A stretch of DNA of 64,000 nucleotides, from the NCBI GenBank assembly GCA_017481235.1, contig JAFUPL010000006.1:2591-66590 (forward strand), given 5' to 3'. The DNA is from Clostridia bacterium (GTDB lineage Bacteria; Bacillota; Clostridia; Christensenellales; UBA1242). The notes beneath the pieces were generated by a model. The model saw only the letters and a program-made list of their open reading frames with translations. It made no database searches and had not been told where the DNA came from. Within the stretch, counting starts at the first letter, position 1; each line of letters begins with the position of its first letter. Of the stretch, positions 27,121-38,104 are shown piece after piece. The translations under genes and the position numbers were made by a program.

Positions 27121-28152
27121 ATGGAAGGAAATTTAATTTCAGTTATTGTACCAGTATACAAGGTTGAAAAATATTTGAATAGATGTGTTGAAAGTATTAT
27201 AAATCAAACCTATAAAAACTTGGAAATAATATTAGTTAACGATGGAAGTCCAGACAACTGCCCTAAAATATGTGAGGATTGGGCAAGCAAAGATTTGCGT
27301 ATTAAAGTTGTGTGCAAAGAAAACGGAGGGATTAGTTCGGCTCGGAATTTTGGCCTTAGATACGCAACTGGAGAATATATAGCATTTATTGATAGTGACG
27401 ATTATGTTGATGTAACAATGTTTGAAAAATTGATGAAGTCTGCAATTGAAAACAAAAGCGATGTTGTTATCTGTGGATTTAAAAACGTATATGAAGACGG
27501 GGGATGTGAGGATGTTATTGAAAAGAATTTGCCACAAGTAACTAACGAAAATATATTATATTACTACATTATATCCAACACTAAAAAAGTTAATAAGCAA
27601 ATAACTACAGATACAATATCTCCGAGTGTTTGGCGAATGTTATATTCAAAAGAGGTTATTAAGGATATTTATTTTGAAGAAGATGTAAGATATGGTGAAG
27701 ATTTGTTATTTAATGTCGAAGTATTTAGCAAATCTATAAAAATATCTACAGTTATGGAATGTTTGTATTTTTATTTTCAACGAAAAGGTAGCGCAGTTCG
27801 TTTGATAAACGAAAACATGCTTAAAACTAAGTTTAACTACGCTATAAAAAAATTAAAATTGGCAGATCTTATTAAAGACGAAAGTGCTGCTAACGCATTT
27901 AAGTTTTCGATTTATAAAATGATTTACTGGGATCTGGTTAAATACAAAAATATTTCCGCTTATAAAAAATACTATCCTAGACTACTGGAATTAAACCTTA
28001 ACCTTAAGCAGTATTATAAAGATTTTCAAGATATGTCTTTAAATAAACAAGAACGACTAATAAATTATTTAATGCATAAAAATAAGATTCACATTATGAG
28101 ATTTTGTTTTGATGTTAAACAAAACATAAAACAATTGTTTAAAAGAGGATAG
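27121..28152 (+). CDS. Glycosyltransferase family 2
   Basis: ISVIVPVYKVEKYLNRCVESI...VNDGSPD...DSDD. Confidence 0.85.
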   Translation: MEGNLISVIVPVYKVEKYLNRCVESIINQTYKNLEIILVNDGSPDNCPKICEDWASKDLRIKVVCKENGGISSARNFGLRYATGEYIAFIDSDDYVDVTMFEKLMKSAIENKSDVVICGFKNVYEDGGCEDVIEKNLPQVTNENILYYYIISNTKKVNKQITTDTISPSVWRMLYSKEVIKDIYFEEDVRYGEDLLFNVEVFSKSIKISTVMECLYFYFQRKGSAVRLINENMLKTKFNYAIKKLKLADLIKDESAANAFKFSIYKMIYWDLVKYKNISAYKKYYPRLLELNLNLKQYYKDFQDMSLNKQERLINYLMHKNKIHIMRFCFDVKQNIKQLFKRG

Positions 28153-28156
28153 TCCA

Positions 28157-29725
28157 ATGACAAGAACTGCAAATGTAAAAACAAATTTGATATTTAATAC
28201 AATTAAGTTTACAACTCAGTTGATACTACAATTTGCTATACGTACAGCATTAATTTATTTAATGGGTGCGGAATATTTGGGTTTAAATGGATTATTTTCA
28301 AATGTTTTGGCTTTTCTTAATCTTGCTGAAGTGGGGATTGGAACCGCAATTGTGTTTAACATGTATAAACCAATCACTGAAAATGATACTGAAAAAATTA
28401 AAGCATTACAAAATCTATATAAGAAATTTTATTTGGTAATTTCATCTATTGTTTTAGTGCTTGGTGTTGCCATTTTACCATTTATAAAACATTTTATTAA
28501 TGGTGATGTATCGCTTGATATTAACATATATGTTATATATTTTATGTATTTGGTAAATACGTTAGTTGGTTATTTGGCAGCGCATAAACGTTCATTATTG
28601 TTTGCATATCAAAGGAATGATATTGAAAACAAAATTAAAACCTTTTGTTTGTTTTTTATGACAGCAATTCAAATAGTTGTTTTGTTTGCATTTAAAAACT
28701 ACTACGCATACTTTGCTATAACAATAGTTTTTACAGCAATAGAAAGTTTATTGATAAGTAAGATTGCTAAAAAATTATATCCACAACTAAATGGTAAGGC
28801 TCCAGAACTCGATATAGAGACAAAGAAGGAAATAAAGAAGAATATAGGAGCTTTAAGTCTTCATAAAATTGGTTCAACAGTTGTGTTTTCGACAGATAAT
28901 ATATTAATTTCAACAATTCTCGGACTGACTGTGTTGGGAGCATATTCTAATTACGTATTAATTATCTCAACCATAACTTCATTATTTGTTATAGTAAGCA
29001 ATGCTATTGGAGGAAGTGTTGGGAATTTGGTTGCAAGTCTAGATAAAAAATATGTGTATGTAAAATATAATCAAATTAAATTTATATTATCGTTTTTAAC
29101 CGCAATTTCAACCGTGTGTATGATTGTGTTATTTCAACCATTTATTAGAGTTTGGACAGGAGGAGGAATTTACGTATTAGAGTTATCCACAGTTATTTTA
29201 TTGGTTGTTAGTTTTTATTTTAGTAGAATGCGTATGGCAACATCAATATTCAAGGATGCGGCCGGATTGTTTTGGCAAAATAGGTTTGCACCTATTTTTG
29301 AAGCTATTATAAATTTGGTAGTATCAATAGTGCTTGGATGGTTTATGGGCATAAACGGAATTATAATAGGAACAATATTAAGTACTGTTTTAGTTCCGCT
29401 TTGGGTAGAACCTAAAATGCTGTATAAACATTATTTTAAAAAGAGCATGAGGAAATACTTTATAGACATTTTATTTAACATGTTAGCAATTGCGGTCGCA
29501 ACGATTATATGTTATTTTATATGTTCATTTATTCCAGAATGCGGTATTTTGTGGTTAATTGTTCGATTTGTTGTATGTATTATTTTGTGCATAATTTTAT
29601 TATTGTTGATTTATTGCAAAACGAAGGACTTTAAAAGTTGTGTAAAGTGGTTAAAAGAAATTATGCATAATTTTAAATCTAATAAACCTATTAAAACTCC
29701 ACAAAATATAGATAATTCGAAGTAG
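28157..29725 (+). CDS. wzx: Wzx-type polysaccharide flippase (MOP superfamily)
   Basis: 522 aa, highly hydrophobic multi-TM protein, and located in the polysaccharide locus. Confidence 0.7.
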   Translation: MTRTANVKTNLIFNTIKFTTQLILQFAIRTALIYLMGAEYLGLNGLFSNVLAFLNLAEVGIGTAIVFNMYKPITENDTEKIKALQNLYKKFYLVISSIVLVLGVAILPFIKHFINGDVSLDINIYVIYFMYLVNTLVGYLAAHKRSLLFAYQRNDIENKIKTFCLFFMTAIQIVVLFAFKNYYAYFAITIVFTAIESLLISKIAKKLYPQLNGKAPELDIETKKEIKKNIGALSLHKIGSTVVFSTDNILISTILGLTVLGAYSNYVLIISTITSLFVIVSNAIGGSVGNLVASLDKKYVYVKYNQIKFILSFLTAISTVCMIVLFQPFIRVWTGGGIYVLELSTVILLVVSFYFSRMRMATSIFKDAAGLFWQNRFAPIFEAIINLVVSIVLGWFMGINGIIIGTILSTVLVPLWVEPKMLYKHYFKKSMRKYFIDILFNMLAIAVATIICYFICSFIPECGILWLIVRFVVCIILCIILLLLIYCKTKDFKSCVKWLKEIMHNFKSNKPIKTPQNIDNSK

Positions 29726-29760
29726 CGATATAATTTGGTGAAATTATAATATAAAAAATA

Positions 29761-29791
29761 CACCCAAGATTTATTTCTTGGGTGATTTTTT
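29761..29791. terminator. Bidirectional terminator between wzx and licD
   Basis: CACCCAAGA/TCTTGGGTG stem with A/T runs on both sides. The right arm lies inside the last licD codons. Confidence 0.65.
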
Positions 29792-30589
29792 AAATGCGAT
29801 GATGTGATGTGCTTGTCTTTCGTTTTCGGGTGGAGGTGTCATGTAATCACCATATACATTAGTCAAATAGTAATTATACTCCTTAAGTATTGGGAATTTT
29901 TCATCCTCAAAATCTACTAAAATTGTTTCATTAAACATTTCTTTTGGAATCATTTCCTTTTTGCCATATTCGCAATATATTCCGGCATAGTCACAGTTTT
30001 TAAGTGGATATTTTTTTAGCAAGTTTTCAGATTTCTTATAAAAATGCTTCCAACCAAAAACTTTACAATAAGTCCACATAAAAAATTTAGGAATAGTTCT
30101 CATCCAACCCTTAGAACTTTTAACAAATTTTTTAGTTGCTGCAAAATGATGAAACATACGTAATTTACAATATTTGTTCGTTAATTTATTGATTTTATCT
30201 TTAGGTATACCATCTACTGGAAAAACATCAACAAATATTCCCATATCTTTATGTCTTGGGAAATTAATTTCTTCAACATAAGTATTTAAATCTACAACTT
30301 TTGCAAAATTGTAAAAATAGTTTGGAAAATCTTTACCAAAATGAAGACATTTATAGTTTGGGTCTTTAATGTTATCCATTAGGTTTAAAAATTTATTATA
30401 ATTTTCTCTTGTCATCATAATATCAATATCATCGTCCCAAGGGATAAATCCTTTATGGCGGATTGCACCCAATGCCGTTCCATCACATAAAGAATATTTA
30501 ATATCGTTTTCTTTACAAATCTTATCAATATATTTAAGTATATTAAGACTTATTCTTTGAATTTCTTTAATATCTTTTATTTCTTCCAT
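29771..30589 (-). CDS. licD: LicD-family phosphotransferase
   Basis: LCDGTALGAIRHKGFIPWDDDIDIMM motif. Confidence 0.85.
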   Translation of the reverse strand: MEEIKDIKEIQRISLNILKYIDKICKENDIKYSLCDGTALGAIRHKGFIPWDDDIDIMMTRENYNKFLNLMDNIKDPNYKCLHFGKDFPNYFYNFAKVVDLNTYVEEINFPRHKDMGIFVDVFPVDGIPKDKINKLTNKYCKLRMFHHFAATKKFVKSSKGWMRTIPKFFMWTYCKVFGWKHFYKKSENLLKKYPLKNCDYAGIYCEYGKKEMIPKEMFNETILVDFEDEKFPILKEYNYYLTNVYGDYMTPPPENERQAHHIIAFKKSPKK

Positions 30590-30800
30590 GGTTAATTACC
30601 TCAATTTAGCATTTGCTAAAAGTAATTATATCAACAAAAGATTATAAAGTCAAATAAATCTATCTATTAAAAGTTATTATATAAAAAGTTGTTATTACTA
30701 TTTTTAGTTATTGCAATATCACGAGTTTTAATAAAAATTTTAAAAAAAGACTTTATTTTTGCATATATTTTATGTATAATGGTTAGTAAAGGAGGAAAAA

Positions 30801-31442
30801 ATGAAACGCGCTGTAGAGTATAGAGGTATTGCAAGGGATAATTTAAGAAACAATTGGGGCAATGCTATTATTGTTTGTTTGATTACATTTTCCGTATCAA
30901 CATTGTTGGGATTTGTTCCTGTTATCGGTACAATTGGTTCAATATTGTTGGCGGGACCATTGATGGTTGCTGAAATCATTTATTTTGTAAAACTTCACAA
31001 AAATGAAGATGCTACTATAAATTCAATGTTTGTGGATTTTGGAAAAAATCTAATTAACAACTTTTTAACCTACATATTGCAAACACTATTTATTATTTTG
31101 TGGTCATTACTATTTATAGTTCCTGGAATAATAAAGTCATATTCATATGCTATGACAATGTATTTAAAGGCAAAGCGTCCTGAATTGGAAGCGAATGAAG
31201 CGATTACTATGTCAAGACAAATTATGGACGGGAAAAAGTGGAAATTGTCATGTTTGCAATTTAGTTTTATAGGTTGGATAATTTTATCAATAATTACATT
31301 GGGAATTGGTTTGATATTCTTGTTGCCATATATGCAAGCAAGTATAACTGCTTTTTATGAAGATGCGTATAATGAATACCAACAAAAGATTAATTCTGAC
31401 GACAATGCTGAAAACGAGATAATTGTAGAGGAAAATAATTAA
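30801..31442 (+). CDS. DUF975 family membrane protein
   Basis: N-terminal ...RGIARDNLRNNWGNAII plus four or more TM segments. Confidence 0.65.
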   Translation: MKRAVEYRGIARDNLRNNWGNAIIVCLITFSVSTLLGFVPVIGTIGSILLAGPLMVAEIIYFVKLHKNEDATINSMFVDFGKNLINNFLTYILQTLFIILWSLLFIVPGIIKSYSYAMTMYLKAKRPELEANEAITMSRQIMDGKKWKLSCLQFSFIGWIILSIITLGIGLIFLLPYMQASITAFYEDAYNEYQQKINSDDNAENEIIVEENN

Positions 31443-31558
31443 GAATAAAAAATAGACTTGCTAATTGAAGTCCTCAAAATGGGATTCACTTCAAATTGCG
31501 GGTCTTTTTTAATATTTTCAACATTGACAACAATTAATTTATGTGATATTATGCAACT

Positions 31559-32131
31559 ATGGAAAAGTATAGATATAAAATAGATAAAGAAAGTGAAGAG
31601 TACTTTACATTTAGAGGTCGTTGGTTTGACTATATTTATGGAGAAAACAGTCCAGAATATGCATTACGATTAGGTGAAACGACTGATTATTTTTATTTTA
31701 CCATAACTGCATTACATAATGAACTTGGTGAGAATTTTGACATTGATATAACTAAAGAAAATATTATGTATGACGCTTTTAGTAATTTAATGAAGGAATT
31801 TTATTTGATTGATGTAAAAGAGGAGGGAACTACTGAGCGAAAAACCTTAGAATTTAAAAAGCGTAAGGGACTTGTTAAACTTACTTTTAAAAACATTCCA
31901 TTAGACAAAAGATGTTTTTGCACTATTGAATTTGCCAATGTTAGACGTTGGGGCGACACAAGATTTAATAATATCGTCTCGCAAACTGATAAGGATTTTT
32001 CTAACAATCTTCAAAAGGTAGGAGATTTTAGATACGAATTTAAAGGTCGGTTACATGAGATGTTTAATCAATTGCAACACATATTTGAAAATAATAAAAA
32101 TTTAGATTGTGAGCAATTAAGTGTTAAATAA
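31559..32131 (+). CDS. Hypothetical protein (apparently leaderless)
   Basis: 190-aa ORF. The ATG lies 6 nt after the -10 of a TTGACA-17-TGATATTAT promoter. No SD. Confidence 0.55.
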   Translation: MEKYRYKIDKESEEYFTFRGRWFDYIYGENSPEYALRLGETTDYFYFTITALHNELGENFDIDITKENIMYDAFSNLMKEFYLIDVKEEGTTERKTLEFKKRKGLVKLTFKNIPLDKRCFCTIEFANVRRWGDTRFNNIVSQTDKDFSNNLQKVGDFRYEFKGRLHEMFNQLQHIFENNKNLDCEQLSVK

Positions 32132-32188
32132 TATGAAAAAAGAACAACTTATGTTGCTCTTTTTTTGAAAATAGAAATACAGTTTAAA

Positions 32189-32470
32189 TTACTTTAACAA
32201 GCTCTTTAAAGTTGCACTCATCTTGAAAGTTGGAACTTTGCAAGCCTTGATTGTCATCTTCTTCTTAGTGAATGGATTAATCTTAGTGCCACCTGCTTTC
32301 TTCTTTACATCAAATGTACCAAAGCCAATAAATTGAACTTTGTCGCCTCTTTTCAAAGCGCCTTTAAGCACATCTAAACCTGCAGTAAAGATTGCCTTAG
32401 TTTGAGCAATTGAAACACCAGTTTCTTCAGCAACTGCTCTGTAAAAATCGCCTGCGTTCATAGTTTTCAT
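32189..32470 (-). CDS. hup: HU-family DNA-binding protein
   Basis: GDKVQFIGFGTF...KVPTFK motifs. The second ATG was chosen because it is 9 nt from the AAGGAG SD. Confidence 0.85.
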   Translation of the reverse strand: MKTMNAGDFYRAVAEETGVSIAQTKAIFTAGLDVLKGALKRGDKVQFIGFGTFDVKKKAGGTKINPFTKKKMTIKACKVPTFKMSATLKSLLK

Positions 32471-32831
32471 AAACATTTTCTCCTTTTCTTGTAATAGCCA
32501 TTGCTATAACTATTAAAAGTGTATCAAATTTTTTTTTCAAAAGCAACTAATTTTACTATAAAATTACAAATTTTTGCTTATTTATAGCACTTTTTAAGTC
32601 AAATAGGTCGCTTTTATACTATTCAATATACCCAATTTAACAAAAATTAACACTAAATTTATAAAAGTTGTTTAATATTGGTAATAATTTTAAAAGGTGA
32701 AAGAGGGGTAAATTTATAACTTTTGTATAAAAAATTCTACTTTTTTTGTAAAACCTCTATCATTTTTTTGTAATATGTGCTATCATTATAAGTACTATTA
32801 AAGTTAATTATATATAAGAGAGGAAAAATTT

Positions 32832-34652
32832 ATGAAAAACATTAGAAATATTGCAATTATTGCCCACGTTGACCACGGTAAAACATCACTAGTTAATGCA
32901 ATGCTAATTCAAGGCGGTGTATTTAGAGAAAATCAAGAAGTTCAAGACCGCGTAATGGATAGCAACGCGCTAGAGCGTGAGCGTGGCATTACAATTTTGT
33001 CAAAAAACTGTTCGGCAATGTACAAGGATACTAAGATTAACATTGTTGATACTCCTGGACACGCGGATTTTGGTGGAGAAGTGGAACGTGTGCTAAAAAT
33101 GGTGGACGGTGTACTACTAGTGGTTGACGCCTATGAAGGACCAATGCCACAAACACGTTTTGTGCTTGAAAAAGCATTAGAGTTAAATCTTAAAGTTATA
33201 GTAGTTATTAATAAAATTGATCGTCCAGACGCTCGTCTTAAGGAAGTTCCAGACGAAGTGTTGGAGTTGTTATTTGACCTTAATGCAAATGATGAGCAAC
33301 TTGATAGTCCAGTACTATATTGTTCGGCACGTAATGGTGTTTGTACCAAAGATCCTAATGTTCCAGCTGAAAATATGAACCCATTGTTTGATGCAATCAT
33401 TGAGCATATTGACCCACCTAAGGGTGAAGACGATAAACCATTCCAAATGTTGGTTTCATCAGTTGAACATAGTGACTACTTGGGTAAACTTGCCGTTGGT
33501 AAAATTGAAAATGGCATAGTTAAGGCAAATCAAACTGTTTATGTTAAGAACTATTTTGATGAAAGCAAGTCTTACATTGGTAAAGTTGTAAACATTTTTA
33601 ACTTTGAAGGATTAAAACGTAATACAATTACTGAAGGTGGTGCTGGAGATGTTGTGCTCATTGCAGGTATTCCTGATATCACTATTGGCGATACCATTAG
33701 TCAAACAGCAGATATGGAAGCAATACCATTTGTAAAGATTAGTGAGCCAAGTGTTGAAATGACATTTATGGTTAACGATAGTCCATTTGCTGGTAAGGAA
33801 GGTAAGTTCGTAACCAGTCGTCATATTCGTGATAGATTGTATAAGGAAGCAATGAAAGACTTGTCACTAAAAGTTCGTGATGGCGATACCGCTGAAAGTT
33901 TTAAAGTAAGTGGCCGTGGAGAAATGCACTTAAGTATTTTAATTGAAAATATGCGCCGTGATGGATATGAGTTCCAAGTAAGTCGTCCACGTGTGCTATA
34001 TCGTACTATTGATGGCGTTAAGTGTGAACCGATTGACAAGGTAATTCTTGATGTACCAGAAGACGCTGTTGGTAATATTATGACCGCTATGGGTAATCGT
34101 AAAGGCGAACTGGTTAGCATGCACCCAATTGGAAGTCGTATGAGATTAGAGTTTTTAATTCCTTCTCGTGGATTATTTGGTTATAAGTCACAAATGCTTA
34201 CAGATACTCGTGGTGAAGGCATTATGAGTTCGGTATTCTTTGAGTATCAACCATATAAGGGCGATATTTCTAGTCGTACATTTGGCTCGCTTATTGCTTA
34301 CGAAACTGGTGATGCTATCACTTATGGATTGTATAATGCTCAAGGTCGTGGAAGATTATTAGTTCGCGCTGGCGACCCTGTATATATGGGAATGGTAGTA
34401 GGTGCTAATCCTAAGGGCGACGATATTGTAGTTAACGTATGTAAGAAAAAGCAACTTACTAATATGCGTACATCAGCAAGTGACGAAGCGTTAAGACTTA
34501 CACCTATCCAAGATATGAGTTTGGAAATGGCAATCGAATTTATTGCTGATGATGAATATGTTGAAGTTACGCCTAAGAGTATTCGTATCCGTAAAGCAAT
34601 ACTTGACCATCAACTACGTGCAAAAAGTCATAAACCAGTGGTGGCAGACTAA
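32832..34652 (+). CDS. typA: Translational GTPase TypA/BipA
   Basis: [20 protein letters not shown] and NKID motifs. 606 aa. Confidence 0.95.
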   Translation: MKNIRNIAIIAHVDHGKTSLVNAMLIQGGVFRENQEVQDRVMDSNALERERGITILSKNCSAMYKDTKINIVDTPGHADFGGEVERVLKMVDGVLLVVDAYEGPMPQTRFVLEKALELNLKVIVVINKIDRPDARLKEVPDEVLELLFDLNANDEQLDSPVLYCSARNGVCTKDPNVPAENMNPLFDAIIEHIDPPKGEDDKPFQMLVSSVEHSDYLGKLAVGKIENGIVKANQTVYVKNYFDESKSYIGKVVNIFNFEGLKRNTITEGGAGDVVLIAGIPDITIGDTISQTADMEAIPFVKISEPSVEMTFMVNDSPFAGKEGKFVTSRHIRDRLYKEAMKDLSLKVRDGDTAESFKVSGRGEMHLSILIENMRRDGYEFQVSRPRVLYRTIDGVKCEPIDKVILDVPEDAVGNIMTAMGNRKGELVSMHPIGSRMRLEFLIPSRGLFGYKSQMLTDTRGEGIMSSVFFEYQPYKGDISSRTFGSLIAYETGDAITYGLYNAQGRGRLLVRAGDPVYMGMVVGANPKGDDIVVNVCKKKQLTNMRTSASDEALRLTPIQDMSLEMAIEFIADDEYVEVTPKSIRIRKAILDHQLRAKSHKPVVAD

Positions 34653-34906
34653 TGGATAGACAACAACAAAACAATATATTAAAAGGCGCTGTTAAGCGTG
34701 TGGGTATTACAATATTATGTTGCTTGCCAGCGCTAATAATAATAGGATATATGCTAAGAAATTTAAACAGTGTAGCGGCGGTGTTTATATTTACACTATT
34801 TATGTTAGTAGCAATTTGCATTGAAGAATATATTCATATTAAAATTGCTACCAAAAAGCAATTAAAAAATAAAGTGTTACACAAAAACGAAGATGTGTTT
34901 AAATAA
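34652..34906 (+). CDS. Small membrane protein
   Basis: 84 aa with two hydrophobic segments. Its start overlaps the typA stop (TAATG). Confidence 0.45.
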   Translation: MDRQQQNNILKGAVKRVGITILCCLPALIIIGYMLRNLNSVAAVFIFTLFMLVAICIEEYIHIKIATKKQLKNKVLHKNEDVFK

Positions 34907-34970
34907 TTATTAATGAATAATGAAAAATGAAGAATTGCGGAAGCTTTCGTGTTATAATTTGAGGAGTAAT

Positions 34971-35687
34971 ATGAAAAATATAATCATTACAGGAGCAGGA
35001 AGTGGCGTTGGAAAGGCGGTTGCAACAATGCTTAAAGATGACAATTTAATCTTAGTGGGAAAAGCAAAGGAAAGTATAGAAAAAGTTGCACAAGAACTGA
35101 ATTGTAAATTTTTTGTTTGTGACGTTACTGAACCTAAACAAATTAGGGAATTAAAACAATTTGTGTTAAAAACTTTTGACAAAATTGATTGTTTAATAAA
35201 TTGTGCGGGTATATGGGCTAAAGGAGAATTATCACAACTAGGTATTGACCATTTTGCTCAAATGAACAAGTTGGAAAGAGTAAAAAAGTTGATTGATACA
35301 AACATTTTTGGTATTATAGGTATGACTAGCGAGTTTGCTCCAATAATGATAGAACAAAATTATGGGCAAATAATCAATATTAACTCTCAAAGTGCTGTGG
35401 AAGTGGAAGAGTTTTGTCCTGTTTACAATGCATCCAAACATGGTAGTTATGCTTATCGCAAAGCAGTTCAAAGAGATTTAGCGAAACATAATGTTAAAAT
35501 CACAGATGTTTGTCCAGGACTGATAAAAACTAACTTTTATATTAACGCCAACGATAAACTGCCAGATGAAATTATGAGTTTAGGACTAGAACCCGAAGAT
35601 GTAGCTAGAACTGTAAAATATATTATGGATTTACCACACGAAATTACAATTCCATCAATAGAAATTAGACATATAAAAAATTATTAG
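34971..35687 (+). CDS. Short-chain dehydrogenase/reductase
   Basis: Start at MKNIIITGAGSGVGKA after a GAGGAG SD. YNASK catalytic motif. Confidence 0.85.
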   Translation: MKNIIITGAGSGVGKAVATMLKDDNLILVGKAKESIEKVAQELNCKFFVCDVTEPKQIRELKQFVLKTFDKIDCLINCAGIWAKGELSQLGIDHFAQMNKLERVKKLIDTNIFGIIGMTSEFAPIMIEQNYGQIININSQSAVEVEEFCPVYNASKHGSYAYRKAVQRDLAKHNVKITDVCPGLIKTNFYINANDKLPDEIMSLGLEPEDVARTVKYIMDLPHEITIPSIEIRHIKNY

Positions 35688-35697
35688 GAGGAAAGTT

Positions 35698-37143
35698 ATG
35701 GAAAAAGCACCAAGAATTTTACCACATAATTTGGAGGTTGAACAAAGTTTGTTAGGAAGTTTGTTTTTAAGTCAAGACGCTCAAAGTGAGTGTTTTGCTA
35801 AAATGCAAGCAAATGACTTTTACTCAACGGGACATCAAAAGATTTTTAAAGCAATGTACGAAAACTATCGTAGCAACAAGGGTGTTGACTATGTAACCGT
35901 TGCTAAAACTTTGGATACAAAAGGCGAACTTGAAGACGTTGGCGGGATTGAATATATTGCCGACTTAACAAATGCAGTACCTAGTGCATCAAATTTTAAA
36001 AATTATATGGAAATAGTTAAAAATGATGCGACTATGCGTAGACTGATTGAACTTTGTCAAGGCGGGATTGATTATTGTTTTAAAAATACTGATTCAAAAA
36101 CCGCTTTACAGTATATGGAAAAACAAATCTTTGATTTGTCTAAGGAAAAAGATATTAGTGAACTTGTGCAAATTAGTCAAGGTGTTAATGAAGTTATTGA
36201 CCGTATGGAAAAATTGTCGATTGACAAAAATGCATTCCGTGGTATTAAAACTGGATTTCCTACACTTGATAATTACACTAAGGGTTTCCACAAAGGAGAA
36301 TTGATAATATTGGCGGCCCGTCCAGGTATTGGTAAAACAGCGCTTGCGCTTAATATGTGTACAAATGCGGCACTTTATGGTGGAGCAAATGTTGCAATTT
36401 TCTCACTAGAAATGCATATTAGTGAAGTTGCACAAAGAATAATGTGTAGTGTGGGCAATATTGATACTGAAAGTGCGAAAGGCGGAACAACTAACTCTAA
36501 AGTTTGGGAAACTGTTATGCAAACTAAGGAACAACTTGAAAATGTTGGTTTGTATGTTGACCACTCTTCACTTAATACTCCTACTCAAATACTATCTAAA
36601 TGTCGTAGACTAAAGGCAGAACACGGCCTAGATATGGTAATGATTGACTATCTACAACTTATGAAAAGCGATGTGACTAAAGATAGTGGTAATCGTCAAC
36701 AAGAAGTGGCAGACCTTACACGTAGTTTAAAGGTTGCGGCTCGTGAACTAGAATGTCCTATTATCGTATTATCACAATTGTCACGTGATATCGAAAAACG
36801 TACCGACCACAAACATCAACTTAGTGACTTGCGTGAATCGGGTGCAATCGAGCAAGACGCAGACATTGTTTTATTTATCGATCGTGCTAACGAAGTTAAT
36901 CAAGAACTTGAAGAGGTGGAAGTGGCTGACGACAACAATGATGATGGCGAAAAGTGTAAGCTTATTATTGCTAAACATCGTAATGGTTCACTTGGTACTA
37001 TTCCACTTAAGTGGTATGGTCAATATACAAGATTTGAGGAACCAAAGGCAAATCGCTTAAGCGAAGCACCTGTTCACAATGTGTCAAACTCTACCGAAGA
37101 ATTGATACCTGTGGCAAATGACGATATCGATAGTGCATTTTAA
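35698..37143 (+). CDS. dnaB: Replicative DNA helicase DnaB
   Basis: AARPGIGKTA Walker A, MIDYLQLM, and SQLSRDIEKR. Confidence 0.95.
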   Translation: MEKAPRILPHNLEVEQSLLGSLFLSQDAQSECFAKMQANDFYSTGHQKIFKAMYENYRSNKGVDYVTVAKTLDTKGELEDVGGIEYIADLTNAVPSASNFKNYMEIVKNDATMRRLIELCQGGIDYCFKNTDSKTALQYMEKQIFDLSKEKDISELVQISQGVNEVIDRMEKLSIDKNAFRGIKTGFPTLDNYTKGFHKGELIILAARPGIGKTALALNMCTNAALYGGANVAIFSLEMHISEVAQRIMCSVGNIDTESAKGGTTNSKVWETVMQTKEQLENVGLYVDHSSLNTPTQILSKCRRLKAEHGLDMVMIDYLQLMKSDVTKDSGNRQQEVADLTRSLKVAARELECPIIVLSQLSRDIEKRTDHKHQLSDLRESGAIEQDADIVLFIDRANEVNQELEEVEVADDNNDDGEKCKLIIAKHRNGSLGTIPLKWYGQYTRFEEPKANRLSEAPVHNVSNSTEELIPVANDDIDSAF

Positions 37144-37158
37144 TAAAGAGGAAATATA

Positions 37159-37647
37159 ATGAATTTTAAATTAAAACAAATAGATAACCAAAATTTAAAT
37201 ATCCTTAAAAACTTATTTCAATTATATATTCACGATATCTCAAAGGAACTTCCTTGGGATTGTGATGATAATGGAATATTCGAGGCATATTCGTTAAGTG
37301 AATGGATAGAAAATAAAGATAATTTTGGATATCTAGTATATATTGAAGATAAATTGGCTGGATTTGTTATGGTTGATAAAGAATTTAAAGTTCTTGAAAA
37401 TCAAGCAAATAGTTATAATTTATCGGAAATATTTATCTTAAACAATTATAAAGGTAAAGGACTGGCGTCTAGCGTAGTCAAACAAGTGTTTAATATATTT
37501 AAAGGGAATTGGGAATGCAGACCTGTACCTAAAAGTATATCGGCACTGACATTTTGGGAAAGAGTGTTTAAAAATAACTTTCCATACAATGTAACTAAAC
37601 ACGAATGGAAAGAAAATCGATTTGCGTTTACTTTTAAAAATATATAA
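37159..37647 (+). CDS. GNAT-family acetyltransferase (probable)
   Basis: 162 aa with NNYKGKGLASSV (motif A-like). Confidence 0.55.
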   Translation: MNFKLKQIDNQNLNILKNLFQLYIHDISKELPWDCDDNGIFEAYSLSEWIENKDNFGYLVYIEDKLAGFVMVDKEFKVLENQANSYNLSEIFILNNYKGKGLASSVVKQVFNIFKGNWECRPVPKSISALTFWERVFKNNFPYNVTKHEWKENRFAFTFKNI

Positions 37648-37665
37648 AATTAAAGGAGAAATATT

Positions 37666-38085
37666 ATGATTATTGATGAAATTAAAAAGGATAATGTGCA
37701 AGCAATTAAAGATAAAAATATGGTTGCACGTGCAATTTTAGGGGTTGCTATTAGTAAACACTTGGCATTAAGCATTGAAAAGCGTAAAACAGGTGCTGAA
37801 ATGACTGACGCTGATATGATTGCAATATTACAAAAAACAATTAAAGAGTTAAATGAAGAAGCCGAAAACTATGCAAAGGTTGGCAATACTGCACAAATGG
37901 AAGAGATTAAAACTCAAAAGACTATGCTTGAAAAATATTTACCTCAAATGATGAGCGAAGACGAAATTAAGTCAGTTATTAATTCTTTAGAAGACAAATC
38001 TATCCCAAGCGTTATGAAACACTTTAAAGCAAACTATGCTGGCAAAGTCGATATGCAACTTGTTAACAAAATGGCACGCGGATAA
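37666..38085 (+). CDS. GatB/YqeY domain protein
   Basis: 139 aa. Typical YqeY layout (...EIKTQKTMLEKYLPQMMSEDEI...). Confidence 0.75.
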   Translation: MIIDEIKKDNVQAIKDKNMVARAILGVAISKHLALSIEKRKTGAEMTDADMIAILQKTIKELNEEAENYAKVGNTAQMEEIKTQKTMLEKYLPQMMSEDEIKSVINSLEDKSIPSVMKHFKANYAGKVDMQLVNKMARG

Positions 38086-38104
38086 TTTAGTAAACGAGAA
38101 CTGT

